Source: Octopus bimaculoides
Taxonomy: Eukaryota
Length of the DNA stretch: 48,815 bases
Direction of reading: 5' to 3'
Assembly: GCF_001194135.2 (NCBI RefSeq)
Contig: NC_068982.1
Location: forward strand, 185,323,878-185,372,692
Below the pieces are notes generated by a model that saw only the letters and a list, made by a program, of their open reading frames with translations, was not told the DNA's origin and searched no databases. This document shows, piece after piece, positions 47,901 through 48,815 of this stretch; the stretch's first letter is position 1, and each line of letters starts with the position of its first letter. The translations under genes and the position numbers were made by a program.

Positions 47901-48771
47901 TCACAAATAGCTGGACAATATCTATTACAATATTTTACTGTTTTGAATCCAATTTCCATGGAAGAATCTGGCATCAGCTTTGTTTGCCATCATCACTGAA
48001 ATGTCCTGGGCCTGGTGCTAGATGTATCAAATTGCTATTTTGATGATTTTTGTAATCTTGTTTTTTCCATTCTATTAGGTACATTCTACCTGATTAGTTG
48101 AAACTAACCAATTAATCAGTCAACTTACCAAGCTGTCTAGCACTCAGATAATCAAGTTACTAAGTCATCAAGCTACCCAACAGTCCACCATGTACTCTTT
48201 ATTCAGAAGGAGTACCCTTATTAAAAAAGGGTTTCAATGTAAGTATCTGTTTCTTGTTCACAACATTTGAATGTGTTTAGCAGTAAATATTTACATCTCA
48301 TCATCAGACTTGTTCTCATTTTGTCCCTAATAAAAAATCCAGCTTGGAATATAAAAATGTTCTTCTTATGAACTTCATTCTCTGATTGTTATTGACAAAT
48401 GTGATTTGTTTTCTAGGACTCCCACTGAAGTTTGTTTTATGTTGTTCAGTGTTTGTTAGCATTTGACAAGATACATTGATTTCTGACTGGATATAACACA
48501 TACTGTGTCTTTGAGTGGATATTATGTATATTGGTTTTTGATTGGATATGACACACATATTGATTTCTAATTGGATATGACTCTTATATGCATAGATCAA
48601 TAAATTCTCATCCCCGTTTTTGTTTGCAAAGAGGAGCAGATGCTTTCTAGCTTCAATCCCCATCACATCTGCTTCAGCAACATTAAACAACAATGACAAC
48701 ATTAGCATCAGGAACAATAGTAGCAGCAACTACAAACATTAACAATAGCTATTATAACTAGTACAACAGCT

Positions 48772-48774
48772 GTA

Positions 48775-48815
<41 letters not shown>
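48772..48815. repeat. (TG)/(TA)n microsatellite
   Basis: Direct reading of the sequence. Confidence 0.95.

Noticed and set aside
47699-48043. ORFs with poly-Ile/Thr or poly-Gly/Asp
   Set aside because: Translations of (ATC)n/(ACC)n low-complexity DNA.
48316-48729. 137-aa ORF with a signal-peptide-like start and three ~30-bp imperfect repeats
   Set aside because: The hydrophobic start derives from a TTG/ATG-rich simple repeat. AT-rich, no recognisable domain, no splice or promoter support.

Overview
This is an AT-rich, gap-containing eukaryotic window made almost entirely of nested transposable-element debris and microsatellites. The tRNA-derived SINE sequences and repeat spectrum look cephalopod, most likely Octopus (inferred from recognising the repeats, not from a search). 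I recognise no intact host protein-coding gene, RNA gene or CRISPR array. Content: Ty3/Gypsy LTR elements and solo LTRs; RTE, Tx1/L1, CR1-like and R4-like LINE fragments; Tigger, mariner, Merlin-like, MULE-like and Helitron DNA elements; and many SINEs. Main candidates for undescribed biology: (1) two diverged ORF1-only Tx1-like retroelements inserted in tandem at the same CGGTAT site between the A and B boxes of a tRNA-derived SINE, sharing their 3' tail with another SINE subtype (22980-26651); (2) a Gypsy-like pol in which RT/RNase H is replaced by a histone-H1-like K/A/P/Q-rich linker between protease and integrase (36302-38420); (3) a ~130-bp MULE-like MITE made of TIRs plus a telomere-repeat core, into which a second TTAGGG-bearing MITE has inserted (42817-43595). 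All alignments and translations beyond the supplied ORF track were done by eye.
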